Below, in pieces: positions 40,167 through 53,269 of a stretch of 64,000 nt of DNA (position 1 is its first letter; each line of letters starts with the position of its first letter). The DNA lies in NCBI RefSeq assembly GCF_006345805.1, contig NC_043020.1:15252001-15316000 (forward strand). Direction: 5' to 3'. The position numbers and the translations under genes are program-made. The notes under the pieces were generated by a model. It saw only the letters and a program-made list of their open reading frames with translations. It ran no database searches and was not told where the DNA came from. This DNA is from Octopus sinensis. Its lineage: Eukaryota.

Positions 40167-40548
40167 GGAGGCACAATGGCCCAATGGTTAGGGCAGCGGA
40201 CTCGCGGTCGTAGGATCGCGGTTTCGATTCCCAGACCGGGCGTTGTGAGTGTTTTTTGAGCAAAAACACTTAAAGCTCCACGAGGCTCCGGCAGGGGATG
40301 GTGGTGATCCCTGCTGTACTCTTTCACCACAACTTTCTCTCACTCTTACTTCCTCTTTCTGTTGTACCTGTATTTCAAGGGACCGGCCTTGTCACTCTCA
40401 GTGTCACGCTGAATATCCCCGAGAACTACGTTAAGGGTACACGTGTCTGTGGAGTGCTCAGCCACTTACACATTAATTTCACGAGCAGGCTGTTCCGTTG
40501 ATCGGATCAACCGGAACCCTCGTCGTCGTAATAGACGGAGTGCTTCCA
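40167..40548 (+). mobile_element. tRNA-derived SINE (cephalopod OR1/Ceph-domain-like)
   Basis: ggcacaatggcccaatggttagggcagcggactcgcggtcgtaggatcgcggtttcgattccc head; related copies at 20820-21193 (-), 10540-10860 (-), 26475-26777 (-), 37080-37366 (-) and 62213-62480 (-). Confidence 0.85.
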
Positions 40549-41175
40549 CACAGTTATGTTGTTATTCTTGCTAGAGAAAATGGAACAATCAAACTAATGT
40601 TTTCTTTCCAAAGAAGTAAAATGAAACTTTTACTTTCCTGTGTAAAACAGTAAAATGCAGAGAAACTAGTGATGCTCTGTGTTAGCAAATAATAAACACA
40701 AAGAGTTGGAAATATGAATTAAGTGAAGATATCTGGCGCCTTGCTGTACTCATGAAGATCCATCTGCCACAACAGAACTGAAATCAGTGTTGGCACCACA
40801 TAAATAGCATTTGTGCTGATTGTACGTCTAAAGTACTGGTGCTGGATTAAAAGCACCCAGTACACTCTGTGGAGTGGTTGGCATTAGGAAGGGCATCCAG
40901 CCATAGAAACCATGCCAGAACTGACAATGGAGCTTGGTGTGGCCCCTGGCCTTACCAGTTCCGGTCAAACCATCCAAACCATTAAAATGGCATTAAAAAT
41001 GGACATTAAATGATGATGATGATGATGACGATGGTGGTGGTGGTGGTGATGATGATGATGGTGGTGGTGGTGGTGGTGGTGGTGGTGGTGATGATGATGA
41101 GGAGGAGAAGGAGGAATCTGACATTTAGAGCAAGACCCTTTTTTTTGTTTATTAGTTATTCTGTTTTTATTTAAG

Positions 41176-41374
41176 GAATTTTCTAATGTGAAGAGATCGT
41201 CTGTCTGTGCTTTACCCAGTCAAGATATTTGTAATGATGGGCCAACCACTCTAACAAGATATCCTCTTTCAACTGAGAAAATATGCCAGGTTCAAGACGA
41301 AGATTCACCTCTTAAAAATCCCAATGAAGGTTCATTTATTAGTCTTCAGAAGCTGGAAGAATACCAAAACACAA
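41176..41374 (+). CDS. POLQ: POLQ exon, low-conservation N-terminal region (EFSNVKRSS...EEYQNT)
   Basis: Polypyrimidine tract + AG at 41174-75, open frame, GTAAGT donor at 41375. Its phase-1 end joins the phase-1 start of the conserved exon at 43074. Confidence 0.65.
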
Positions 41375-41599
41375 GTAAGTTCTTATTTAATAAAGATATT
41401 GAAGGCAAGGGTTGGCACAACCATACGACTGTCAGGCACAATGACTGTGATATTTGTTTTAAGTCTTTACATACTGAATTCAAATTCTACCAAGTTGAAC
41501 TTTTCCTTTGTTCTACCAAAGAAACAAATGCAGAACTTTGTTTCCTTTCAGGGTTGATAACAATACCTGTTAGTTACTGGGGATCAATTTAATCTATTG

Positions 41600-41928
41600 T
41601 TTTCTCCTTGATGAATTCTGATATTGTATTTATACTAGAATGCTTTGCTGATGTTCAATAAGGTTATTATAGCAGGCAGCTGTCTTGATTTAACTCCTTC
41701 TATGATATGCTTTAGGGCTAAGATTTGAGATGTTATGAATTTCCCTGGTCTAAATCCATTTTGATTTGATCCCAGATGGCTATCAAGCATTGGTTGAATC
41801 CCGTTGAGGATCGACAACTTGATTGTAAATGCTGGCCTGCAATGTATTCAGGACCTTCAGGCAGTGATGATGGGCTGAGAAGTGTGGTGGGTAGACTTTG
41901 CTACTGCAGCCTGGGTTGGAACCTGGCT

Positions 41929-41960
<32 letters not shown>
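41600..41960. mobile_element. RTE fragment: RT part on minus, 3' end with (TAA)n tail on plus
   Basis: NQNGFRPGKFITSQILALKHIIEGVK on minus; ctggcctgcaatgtattcaggacctt... on plus. Confidence 0.7.
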
Positions 41961-41965
<5 letters not shown>

Positions 41966-42205
41966 AATTATTGTGTACAGTGTTCTGTGCACCACAACTT
42001 GTCAGAAAGTGCATATAAAGTATATGCAGTAATGTACAAATGTCTGGAAAGCAAACAGTGTATGAGTCAGATACATGCTTGTGTGTGTATGGAGGGGAGA
42101 AAAATCAGGTGTAGTGTTGGCGAGTCTCAGGAAGCATGGAAGTTTTAAAGGATGCAGTGCTCTGACAACTAACAACTGATGCTGGCAGTTTGTTTCATGC
42201 TTCAA
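41935..42205 (-). mobile_element. CR1 3' end (same family as 22340)
   Basis: Near-identical to 22340-22610, including the (ATT)n tail. Confidence 0.85.
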
Positions 42206-43073
42206 AATATACCAACAAAATAGTTGGAGGAATGCAGTTGTGTTGGTACCACATTAAAAACACCCAGTACACTCTGTGGAGTGGTTGGTAGAAAACATGT
42301 CAGCTGTAGAAACCATGTCAGAACAGACAATGAAGTCTGGTGCAGCTGCTGGCCTTACCAGCTCCAGTCAAACCATTCAGCATGGAAAGTGGATGTTAAA
42401 TGATGAGGATGATGATGAATGGTACTACTACCGATATTCCAAACATACCAGAAATGGACATTACATACAAAGTAGTGAGCCATTGAGGAAGCTTTTATTT
42501 GGTCACTCAGTATGCTAGAAAAAGTACCCAAATCTCTGTCAAATTACAGTCATCCTAAAAAGAAAGGCATCGGAGTCGCTGTGTGGTAAATAGCTTGTTT
42601 ACCAACCACATGGTTACGGGTTCAGTCCCACTGCGTGGCACCTTGGGCAAGTGTCTTCTACTATAGCCTTGGGTCGACCAAAGCCTTGTGAGTGGATTTG
42701 GTAGACGGAAACTGAAGGAAGCCCGTCGTATATATGTATGTATATATATGTGTGTGTGTGTGTGTATATATTTGTGTGTCTGTTTGTCCCCCTAACATCG
42801 CTTGACAACTGATGCTGGTGTGTTTACGTCACCGTAACTTAGCGGTTCGGCAAAGGAGACTGATAGAATAAGTACTAAGCTTACAAAGAATAAGTCCTGC
42901 GGTCGATGTGCTTGATTAAAGGTGGTGCTCCTGCATGGCCACAGTCAAATGACTGAAACAAGTAAAAGAGTAAAAGGGAGTACTTATTGAAGAATGTTGC
43001 TGAAATCTGGTTTAAATGTTTGGTCTTCCGTTTCTTGTGGCATTGAACTAATTTTCTCTGTTGTTCCTTCCAG

Positions 43074-43208
43074 CCAATGTTGGAAACAGCAAACTATTGC
43101 TCTCGAGCTGGAATTTGCCACAACCTATATTACAACAGTATCATATTCTTGGAATACGTGAAATGTTTCAATGGCAAGCCGAGTGTCTTTCAACTGGACA
43201 AACTCTGA
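43074..43208 (+). CDS. POLQ: POLQ exon (KLLLSSWNLPQPILQQYHILGIREMFQWQAECL)
   Basis: Matches the POLQ segment LLLANWGLP...MFEWQAECL; ttccAG acceptor and GTAAGT donor; phase 1/1. Confidence 0.9.
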   Translation, partial: PMLETANYCSRAGICHNLYYNSIIFLEYVKCFNGKPSVFQLDKL

Positions 43209-43399
43209 GTAAGTTCAGCTTTTGTTCTGCTTATACTTTTTCTTTCCAGATTCTTATTATGGACACCATCACTGAAAGGTCACTACAAAACACACACACA
43301 CACAATCTCTTGGTCTGTTCTAGTTCTTTATGCTTAATTAACTATTAGTTAATTCGAATTATTTCTTATTAAGCTCAGGCATGGCTGTGTATATACAAG

Positions 43400-44035
43400 G
43401 AGTAAATTCTGGAAGACTCATCTTGCAATGGAAAAGTCCAATGAGTTAGATTTTCCAAAGACTTCTGTTCTTGGTTGTTTAGATTGAAGAATTTCATAAA
43501 GACTATAAACTAACTTCTGTTTCTAATTTGTATAATATTAATTTAGAAGGAAAAAATATTATAAACAGATTAAAATTGTGGGATAGAACAGAACCTTATT
43601 CACCTAAAATGTCTCACATAAACTTAGAAGACCACAAACCCAACTTTGTGAATTGTCTTTCTGTTAGATTAATTTGCCATTGGAGGTAGAATAAGCAAGC
43701 AGATTATCAACCAGATTTGTACCAATGCTGACAAAGGAAACTGAATTAAGTTTATGATCTAACTCCTTCAAAGTAATAAACTAGTTTAAAGCTATTAAAA
43801 ATCAGACACTAAATTTATACAAATAGATATTTCAAACTATACGACTCATCTGTTACCCCTATTTTCCTCAACAAAGCTCTTATCTTTACTAAGAAAAATT
43901 CACGATTAACTAGGCAATATATTGACAATGCTACTTTTATTTAATTTGAGGATAGCTACTAGATTAGAAAATCTTAACAATTTTGACATAACAATGGGTT
44001 CAAGTAACTCAGTACAAATTACAGGTCTAGTAAGT
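43400..44035 (+). mobile_element. Penelope-like element RT remnant (same family as 9575-10330)
   Basis: KFIQIDISNY, LNKALIFTKK and [19 protein letters not shown]; it runs into a (TA)n tract. Confidence 0.7.
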
Positions 44036-44091
44036 GTATATATATATATATATATATTATACACATATATATATATACATATACATATATG

Positions 44092-44142
<51 letters not shown>

Positions 44143-44166
44143 ATTATATATATACATATGCATATA

Positions 44167-44198
<32 letters not shown>

Positions 44199-44199
44199 A

Positions 44200-44343
<144 letters not shown>

Positions 44344-45364
44344 CCGGTGGCACGTAAAAAGCACCATCTGATCATGGCCGTTTGCCAGCCTCGTCTGGCA
44401 CCTGTGCTGGTGGCACGTAAAAAGCACCCACTACACTCATGGAGTGGTTGGCGTTAGGAAGGGCATCCAGCTGTAGAAACATTGCCAGATCAGACTGGGC
44501 CTGGTGCACCCTTCTGGCTTCCCAGACCCCAGTTGAACTGTCCAACCCATGCTATCATGGAAAGCGGACGCTAAACGATGATGATGATGATGATGATGAT
44601 ATTACACTGTATCAAATAATGAATTCTCAGGAATAATGGTAGTGCGGGTCTCCATAGAGATGGAACTCTTCATTTTATAAATGTAGCAGAGAGAAAAAGG
44701 AAAAGAAAAAAACTTTTTGAAATTTAGGACTGTGGCATAGTGAATTTTCTGGACATTAAAATATTTGAAATATTTAATAGACATACTCTGAAATTTGCAT
44801 GCTCTACTACATCTAGTTTAGCAGCTGTCAATATTAAAAAATTGAACACCACCAGAATGAAGGAATGTATGGATATCTATTCTGAACCTTTTGATAAATC
44901 AAGGTCCATCAAAGAATAAGGAAACCAGGATTAAGTTCAATGATTTATTCAACCTGTTGAAAAGTGTTAAGATTGCAAAGCTGTAGAAATACATCTTGAA
45001 GGAATGGTCAGAATATATACACAATGGTTTAACAAGCACATGGTACATAGTGATGGTGTATGCTGGATAGAACAGGAAAAATGAGACGTAACTTCTGCTG
45101 GTGGACAGGAACAAACGTATGCGTCGAAGGATAGCAGAGGCTGCTTGTGGAATAAAACTCACTCTGTGCTGAAGATTTTAACACCACACAACTCACCTCA
45201 CTGAAGAAATAGCAGAAAGACTTTCCTTCTATAGCTAATGGTGGTGCACTTGGCTGGTCTGTCATGTGATGGGATGGACAGCCTGAGTAAAGCTAGAGGG
45301 ACCCAACCATCTGTGATGAGCCAAAATGTGAGTACTTAAGAGTAGAGCCAAACTGAACATGCTT

Positions 45365-45396
<32 letters not shown>

Positions 45397-45609
45397 TATC
45401 GTTTAATGTCCGTTCTTCATGCTAGCATGGGTTGGACGGTTCGACTGGGGTCTGGGAAGCCAGGAGGCTGCACCAGGCTCCAGTCTGATCTGGCAGTGTT
45501 TCTACAGCTGGATGTCCTTCCTAATGCCAACTACTCTGAGAGTGTAGTGGGTGCTTTTACGTGCCACCGGCATATTTATGGATATATATATGTGTGTGTG
45601 TGCATGTGT

Positions 45610-45652
<43 letters not shown>

Positions 45653-45966
45653 CATACATATATACATACATAATTAAAATTTAGGGCTCAGCCACACACC
45701 GAACCTAGAAATTGGAGCTAAAATCCCTTTCTGCTACTATAAGAATAGTAGCAGAAAAGGAATCCCAAATCTCACCTCCAAGTTCGGCATATGGTGAAGC
45801 AACTAGCTGAACCCCAATTATAATTATGCTTACTGCATTGAAAATCTGAAAGCTACAAGATAATGCATGAATAAATAAGTATGATAGAATAATCTGAATG
45901 CTAAATGGTTAAAGAACATGTTTAGGAATTCATTTACTTAGCAGTCATTAGTTTCATTTATGTTGA

Positions 45967-46344
<378 letters not shown>

Positions 46345-47002
46345 TAAAAGCAAGGTACCATGTAAAAAGCATTGGTGTGGGTGCTAGTGCCACATAAAAT
46401 GCACCCAGTACACTCTGTAAGTGGTTGGCATTAGGAAGGGCACCTGGCTGTAGAAATCAAGTCAAAACAGACTATGGTACTTGGTGTGGCCCCTGGCCTT
46501 ACCAGCTCCTGTCAAGCCATCCAGCTCATGCCAGTTTGGTAAATGGCCATTAAATGTTGATGGTAATGAGATGATTGTGAAACCCACAGTGGGATACTGC
46601 TCCCATATCTTGGATGGTAGGTACTGCTGTTGTGCACACACACACACACACACACACACTAATGCATGTACATAAGTGTGTGCATATATATATAATGTAT
46701 GTATGTATGTTTTTGGTTGGTTGGTTGTAAATGACAGAAAAATGTATTGACAAAATTTTATGTAACAATAAGAAATCCTAATATTACAACAAAACATGTA
46801 AATAATTTATATTATTATTTTTGATAATAAATTACCGTCATGTCTGCATTAATGCAAAATGCAAAGAATTTCTTCAAAATAATCCAGAATTTAAGCTTTG
46901 GACTAAGAAACTCTTTCTTAAATACTAAATAAAATTTCATCAAATTATTTCTTTGTCATTTATGACTTTATTGTATTCTCTTGTATCATTCTGTATATTC
47001 TA

Positions 47003-47479
47003 CTAGCAGTAGAATTGCTCGGGTTTGTAAGGGAAATAACTATATAAGCATTTTTAGAGAGTTACTTAGCCATTTCTGTTTTGGTGTCTTCAAGCCATGA
47101 AGTCGTTCTAAAAGAACGCTGGTCTCCTTGACAACGCATTACGACGTTGATTTCCTTAAACTCCCTTCCCACAGCTTCACGAGGGAGGGAAGAAGGGGGA
47201 GAAGCAAACACAGGTGCAGGTGTTTGAGCGTGGACGCCAACTCCGCCGCCATCGACACACAAAAAATTATGCATTAAAATGGAATAAAAAATGATGTTAA
47301 ATTATTTTTAAAATCGTAGACTCATCGTAGACGCGCGCTAATAGCCAGAAGGGCTCGATATTAATCACGACTATAAGATACCCGAATTTGGTTAAACTGC
47401 ACCTCAAAATGTGGGAGGAGTTAGGAATCTAAATCGAAGGAGACAGACACTCACACAACTACAGTTTTATATATATAGA
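47003..47479 (-). mobile_element. Non-autonomous Helitron
   Basis: Same termini (atctatatatat...actgCTAGt on the minus strand) with CpG-rich internal sequence. Confidence 0.75.
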
Positions 47480-47676
47480 TATGTTTTGTAGAATGATACA
47501 TTAAAGAGTTTTTTTTATGAGTACTACCGGATTACTTGAATCCATATATTGTCCCTTAAATATGTATATATTGGTAAAAACAGTAAGATAACAAAAGAAA
47601 GAAAGAGACCTCAATATTATGTAAATAGAGGAAATTTATCTGTAAATTAATATGTGACAATTATACAATAGCCAAG

Positions 47677-47744
47677 ATAAAACTCTGAGTTTCGGATGCT
47701 GAGGTGGAAATCTGAGTGTATTTACCTTAATTTTCATCAGTTAT
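47677..47744 (-). ncRNA. Hammerhead motif with intact core and decayed stem II
   Basis: Minus strand reads ataa-CTGATGA...catcc-GAAA-ctcagagt-t-ttat; the base of stem II is mismatched. Confidence 0.5.
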
Positions 47745-48115
47745 GGAACTTACAGGTAAAATAGAACCATTTTTTTTGGAATTATTCTTTGAAATATCTT
47801 CCTATACCATCTAGAAAGGAATTTATTTTTAGACTTATTAATAATATTAAAGATTTTATTACCAGGATTAAAAGGAAAGCCTACTATACGTTTTATTTAT
47901 TATTTTGCACATTACTTCTATGTTTTATCTTATATATAATCTTTCTATAAGATGTAATTTTTCTAAATGGTATAATTTAATTTTTCATTATTGAATTGAT
48001 AAAAGGTAGTTTTTTTCTAATTTATATATATATATATATATATATTTTGTGAAATTTGAATTAGTATTTCTAAATTGAATTTTTCCTTGTAAGTTTGGAA
48101 TAATATTCCCTCATG

Positions 48116-48157
<42 letters not shown>

Positions 48158-48158
48158 T

Positions 48159-48190
<32 letters not shown>

Positions 48191-48220
48191 ATATGTATGT
48201 ATATATCAATATAATTTCAG

Positions 48221-48377
48221 TTTTTATGTGATGAAGTTGGTATCCGTGTTGGTGGTTTCCTTGGCAGCCAGACCCCTAGAGGAGGTTTTAAAAATGTTGA
48301 TATTGCAGTATGTACTATAGAAAAGGGCAATAGTCTTGTTAATCGTTTACTAGAAGATAAACAACTCGACCAGCTTG
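48221..48377 (+). CDS. POLQ: POLQ exon (FLCDEVGIRVGGFLGS...DIAVCTIEKGNSLVNRLLE)
   Basis: Too short for the ORF track; translated by hand. DIAVCTIEK motif Ib; ttcAG acceptor and GTTAG donor; phase 0/1. Confidence 0.95.
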
Positions 48378-49260
48378 GTTAGTATATTATTTTATTTGTA
48401 TTATAATTTTAGGGAGAATGGATAATATACAGTAATTTAGGTAAATTTTAAAGTAACTTAAGTACAGGCATGGCTATGTGGTTGAGAAGTACATTTCACA
48501 ACCATATGGCTTCAGGTTCAATCCAACTGCATTCCATCTTGGACAAGTGTATTCTCTCTTACTTTCAAGCTGACCAATGCTTAGTGAGTGGAATTTTATT
48601 AATGAAATCTGCAGAAATTCATCATAATTAATCATGATTGTTTTTTTTTCCCCTTCCATACTGGCATAAGTTAGATGGGATTCTTTGAGGCAGTTTTACG
48701 ATTGGATGCTAACCCTTCATGATATTCAAGGGTATAACATACTGATTTTGAAAACTGCAATCATCATCATCATCGTTTAACGTCCGCTTTCCATGCTAGC
48801 ATGGGTTGGATGAATGACTGAGGGCTGGCAAACCAGATGGTTGCACCAGGCTTCAATCTTGATCTGGCAGAGTTTCTACAGCTGGATGCCCTTCCTAACA
48901 CCAACCATTCCAAGAGTGTAGTGGGTGCTTTTACATGCCACCGGCACGGGGCTAGTCATGCGGTAATGGCAACGACCTCGCTCAAATCTTTTACACATGC
49001 CACCAGCACAGGTGCCAGTAAGGTGATGCTGGTAATGATCATGCTCGAATGGTGTCTTTTACATGCCACTGGCATGAAGGCCAGGTAGCCGCTCTGGCAG
49101 CGATCATGATATATATATATTACAGAGATGTACTTGCATAGCAAGTGACCTGATCTGAGATTGTGTGCTGGAATGAAAACAACTGCAACATGGAAGGTGT
49201 TTATAAGCCATTTAAGGAACGCACAAAAACTGTTAGATTCACTTCAACATTTAAATTTAA

Positions 49261-49310
49261 TTTGCCAAAATATTTTCGGCGCTTTGAGACCGCGACCTGT
49301 TCACTGACAA
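49261..49310 (-). ncRNA. Hammerhead-like motif with G3:C8 core variant
   Basis: Minus strand reads tttgtca-GTGAACA-ggtcgc(ggtctcaaa)gcgcc-GAAA-atatt-t-tggcaaa. Confidence 0.6.
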
Positions 49311-50945
49311 AATTTTGTGCTGTATATATGTGTGTGTGTGTGTGTCTGTGTGTGTAATTGTGTGTTTATTTACATTTGAATGTCTCCAAAAATTGTAAGC
49401 TACAAGCAGTGTTCTTGGCATTTCTTCTGTTTGCTAGCACTATGCTTTTAGAGACATGTGAAATAAGAGATTCCTTATTTAAGAACAGATAAGGACATGC
49501 CTCAGTGATATAGGAACAGGCATAGTTGTGTGCTAAGAAGCTTGCTTCCCAACCACGTGGCTCCGGGTTCAGCCCCACTGCATGTCACCTTGGACAAGTG
49601 TCTTCTACAATAGTCCCAGGTCAACCAAAGTCTTGTGAGTGAATTTGGTAAATGGAAACTGAAAGATGCTCATTGTTTATATGTACATTATATATTTATG
49701 TGTGCGTGTGTGTGAATTTTTTAGTCAAATGAATTGATCCTAGTACTTTTATAAGCCTGGTACATCTATTGATCTCTTCTGTCAAACTGCTAAGTCATAG
49801 GGAATCTAAACACATCAATGCTGGTTGTCAAGCAGTGGTGAGGGACAAACACAGGCACTAAGACCACTACCCTGCGCCATATATATATATGTATGTATGT
49901 ACAAAAAATCCAGTGAGATCCGTGAAAGTAGAGTCAGTATATCCAGTGGTAATCTGGGTGGAGTGCTGGTATGTAGATGAGGGGAGACACAAACATATAT
50001 ATATATATATATATACAATGGTCTTCTTTAAATTTCTGTCTACCAAATCCACTCACAAGGCTTTGGTCAGCCTCTAGGTTATAATTGAAGACATTTGCCC
50101 AAGGTGTCATGCAGTGGGACTGAACCTAAAACCATGTGGTTGGTAAGCAAGCTTCTTACCACGCTGTTATGCCTGCCCCTGTATGAATTCATAATAAATG
50201 TTCAGCTCACTCAATAATGTAATTATGGATCATAATGAGAAACTAATTTTTTTATCACCTCTAATTAATATTGTAACTATTGTTAAAATATTAATGACAG
50301 CCACTCCTATATCTCTCACCTTAATTGTGGCTGTCCATGTATACAGGTATACAGTCACGTCCTCAACATCCCTGTGTCAGTCGAGGGATCCTAGTCTTGG
50401 CTCGTGGATCCTGGTGCCATGTAAAAACACCCAATAGACTCTGTAAAGTGGTTGGTGTTAGGAAGGGCATCCAGCCATAGAAACCATGCAAAAGGAGACA
50501 ATGGTGCCTGGGTGGCCCTCACGTTGACCAATCCCTGTTGAAACCTACAGCCCATGTCAGCATGGAGAACAAAGGTTAAAAGAAAGGATAATGATAATGC
50601 TGATGATGATGGTGTTCTGAGACAGCAATCCACCCTGTACCCTCTCATACCACAGCTATTTGTTATTTCTTTATTACCCACAAAGGGTTAAACACAGAGG
50701 GGACAATCAAGGACAGACGAAAGGATTAAGTCAATTACATTGACCCCAGTGCGTAACTGGTACTTAATTTATCGACCCTGAAAGGATGAAAGGCAAAGTT
50801 GACCTTGGCGGAATTTGAACACAGAACGTAACGACAGACGAAATACCGCTAAGCATTTTGCCCGGTGTGCTACCACAGCTATTTGTATAGATATTGCACT
50901 CTATAGATGACAGGTTAAAGACAAGATAAGAAAAATAAGGACTGA

Positions 50946-51287
<342 letters not shown>

Positions 51288-51598
51288 TAAGTGGTATCGT
51301 CTTGGCTCAACAGCCCCTCACCGTTTGTTTTTACTGTCTTGTTCTCACTGTCCTGTTCTTGTTATCACTTTCACCCTCCGCAAAAAAATCCCAAATTTTA
51401 TTTAATTTGCTTTGCGTGAAGGACTGTTTCAACGAAGTCGTGTATTGTCCTTGCCTTCGAAACGCGGAGTAGATGAAACAGGGACAACTGATGAAGGGGA
51501 ATATTCTCTATGTTGCATGTCTTGTTTCTCTGTTTGTTTGTTTTTGTTGTTTTTCCTCTTTTTTTTTTTAATAAATATATTTTAAAATTTGTTTACAG

Positions 51599-51972
51599 AA
51601 TCAAAGACGCGCCAAATAAAAATGTCCAAGTCCAGATTATTGGTATGAGTGCCACTTTACCAAACCTTCACGTCATTGCAAAATGGCTTGATGCCTCTTT
51701 ATACACAACTAACTTCCGACCGGTGCCTCTTACGGAATGTATCAAAATTGGTCAAACGATTTTTAACTCTGCAATGGTGAAGTTACATGAGCTTAATATT
51801 AACACCAAATTGAAAGAAGATGCTGACCATATTGTTTCTCTCTGTCTGGAAACGGTCTCTTGTGGTCATAGCGTCCTTATATTCTGTCCAACAAAACTGT
51901 GGTGTGAAAAGTTGGCTGATAATATTGCCAGAGAATTCTATCATATCCTGCGACAAAAGACTGTTGACCAAG
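51599..51972 (+). CDS. POLQ: POLQ exon, motifs III and IV (QIIGMSATLPNL...VLIFCPTKLWCEKLAD)
   Basis: GMSATLPN, FRPVPL and FCPTK; tacAG acceptor and GTGAGT donor; phase 2/1. Confidence 0.96.
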
Positions 51973-53269
51973 GTGAGTCTCGATTAACGAATAATTGTCT
52001 TCTATCTTTTACTTGTTTCAGTCGTTAGACTGTGGCCTTGCTGGGGCACCACATTCTCTATTACTCTTTTACTTGTTTCAGTCATTTGACTGTGGCCATG
52101 CTGGAGCACCGCCTTTAGTCGAGCAAGTCGACCCCCAGGACTTATTCTTTGTAAGCCTAGCACTTATTCTATCAGTCTCTTTTGCCGAACCGCTAAGTTA
52201 CAGGGACGTAAACACACCAGCATCGGTTGTCAAGCAATGTTAGGGGGAGAAACACAGATACACAAACATATACACACACACATGCATACATATATATATA
52301 CATATAGACGACAGGCTTCTTTCAGTTTCCATCTACCAAATCCACTCACAAGGCTTTGGTCGGCCAGAGGCTATAGTAGAAGACACTTGCCCAAGGTGCC
52401 ATGCAGTGGGACTGAACCCAGAACCATGTAGTTCATATACAAGCTACTTACCACACAGCCACTCCTAAGGAATTTTTGCTTGGTCGAATCAAGCCCAGTA
52501 CTTTTTTTTTAAAGCCTGATTCTCATTCTGTTGGTCTCATTTGTGGAACCACTGAGTCATGGGGATATAAACACACCAACACCAGTTGTCAAGCAGTGCT
52601 GGGGGGGACAAGCAAAGACACACACACACATACACACACACAAACATGAAGGGCTTCTTTTCAGTTTCCGTCTTCTCAAAACACACTCATGGCTTTAGTT
52701 GGCCTGAAGCTATAGAAGAAGACACCCAAGATTCCACGCAGTGGAACTGAACCCGGGACCAAGTGGTTTAGAAGCAAACTTCTTATCACACAGCCATGCC
52801 TGCATCTATGTTATTGATACAGGTGTAGGGATGGCTGTCCGGTTAAGAAGTTTGCTTGGAAATTGTTTGGTTTTGGGTTCAATCACTTTGTACAGCATCT
52901 TGGGCATATTATGTCATAACATAGCCTCTGGTTGACCAATGCTATACAAGTGGAATTCAATAGATGGAAACCATGCAGTATTATGCTGTGTCTGTGTCTG
53001 TGAATATATGTGTGTTTGTGGTGGAGGGATGCATATCAATGAGAAACTTACATTTCAGTGAGAAAATCAATGAACTTATGTCATGGGTGGAATTAATACC
53101 TTGTATTTATTTCACCTAAGTTGCACAGACCCTCTGTTGTCATAAATATAGTTCACTGGTAATTAGACTATTGAACACCTACAACCAATGATTTTATTAC
53201 CCACAAAATGCATAATATAAATTAATAATTATAAGAATGGCTGACAACTTCCTTGCTTTCTTGGTAGGT

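Noticed and set aside
40167-40245. tRNA-like sequence (also other SINE heads)
   Set aside because: It continues into a SINE body, has many degenerate copies and lacks a complete acceptor stem.
51390-51520. ccttcGAAAcgcgg...CTGATGAagg, a possible permuted hammerhead
   Set aside because: No convincing stem I or stem III; at best a decayed PLE terminus.
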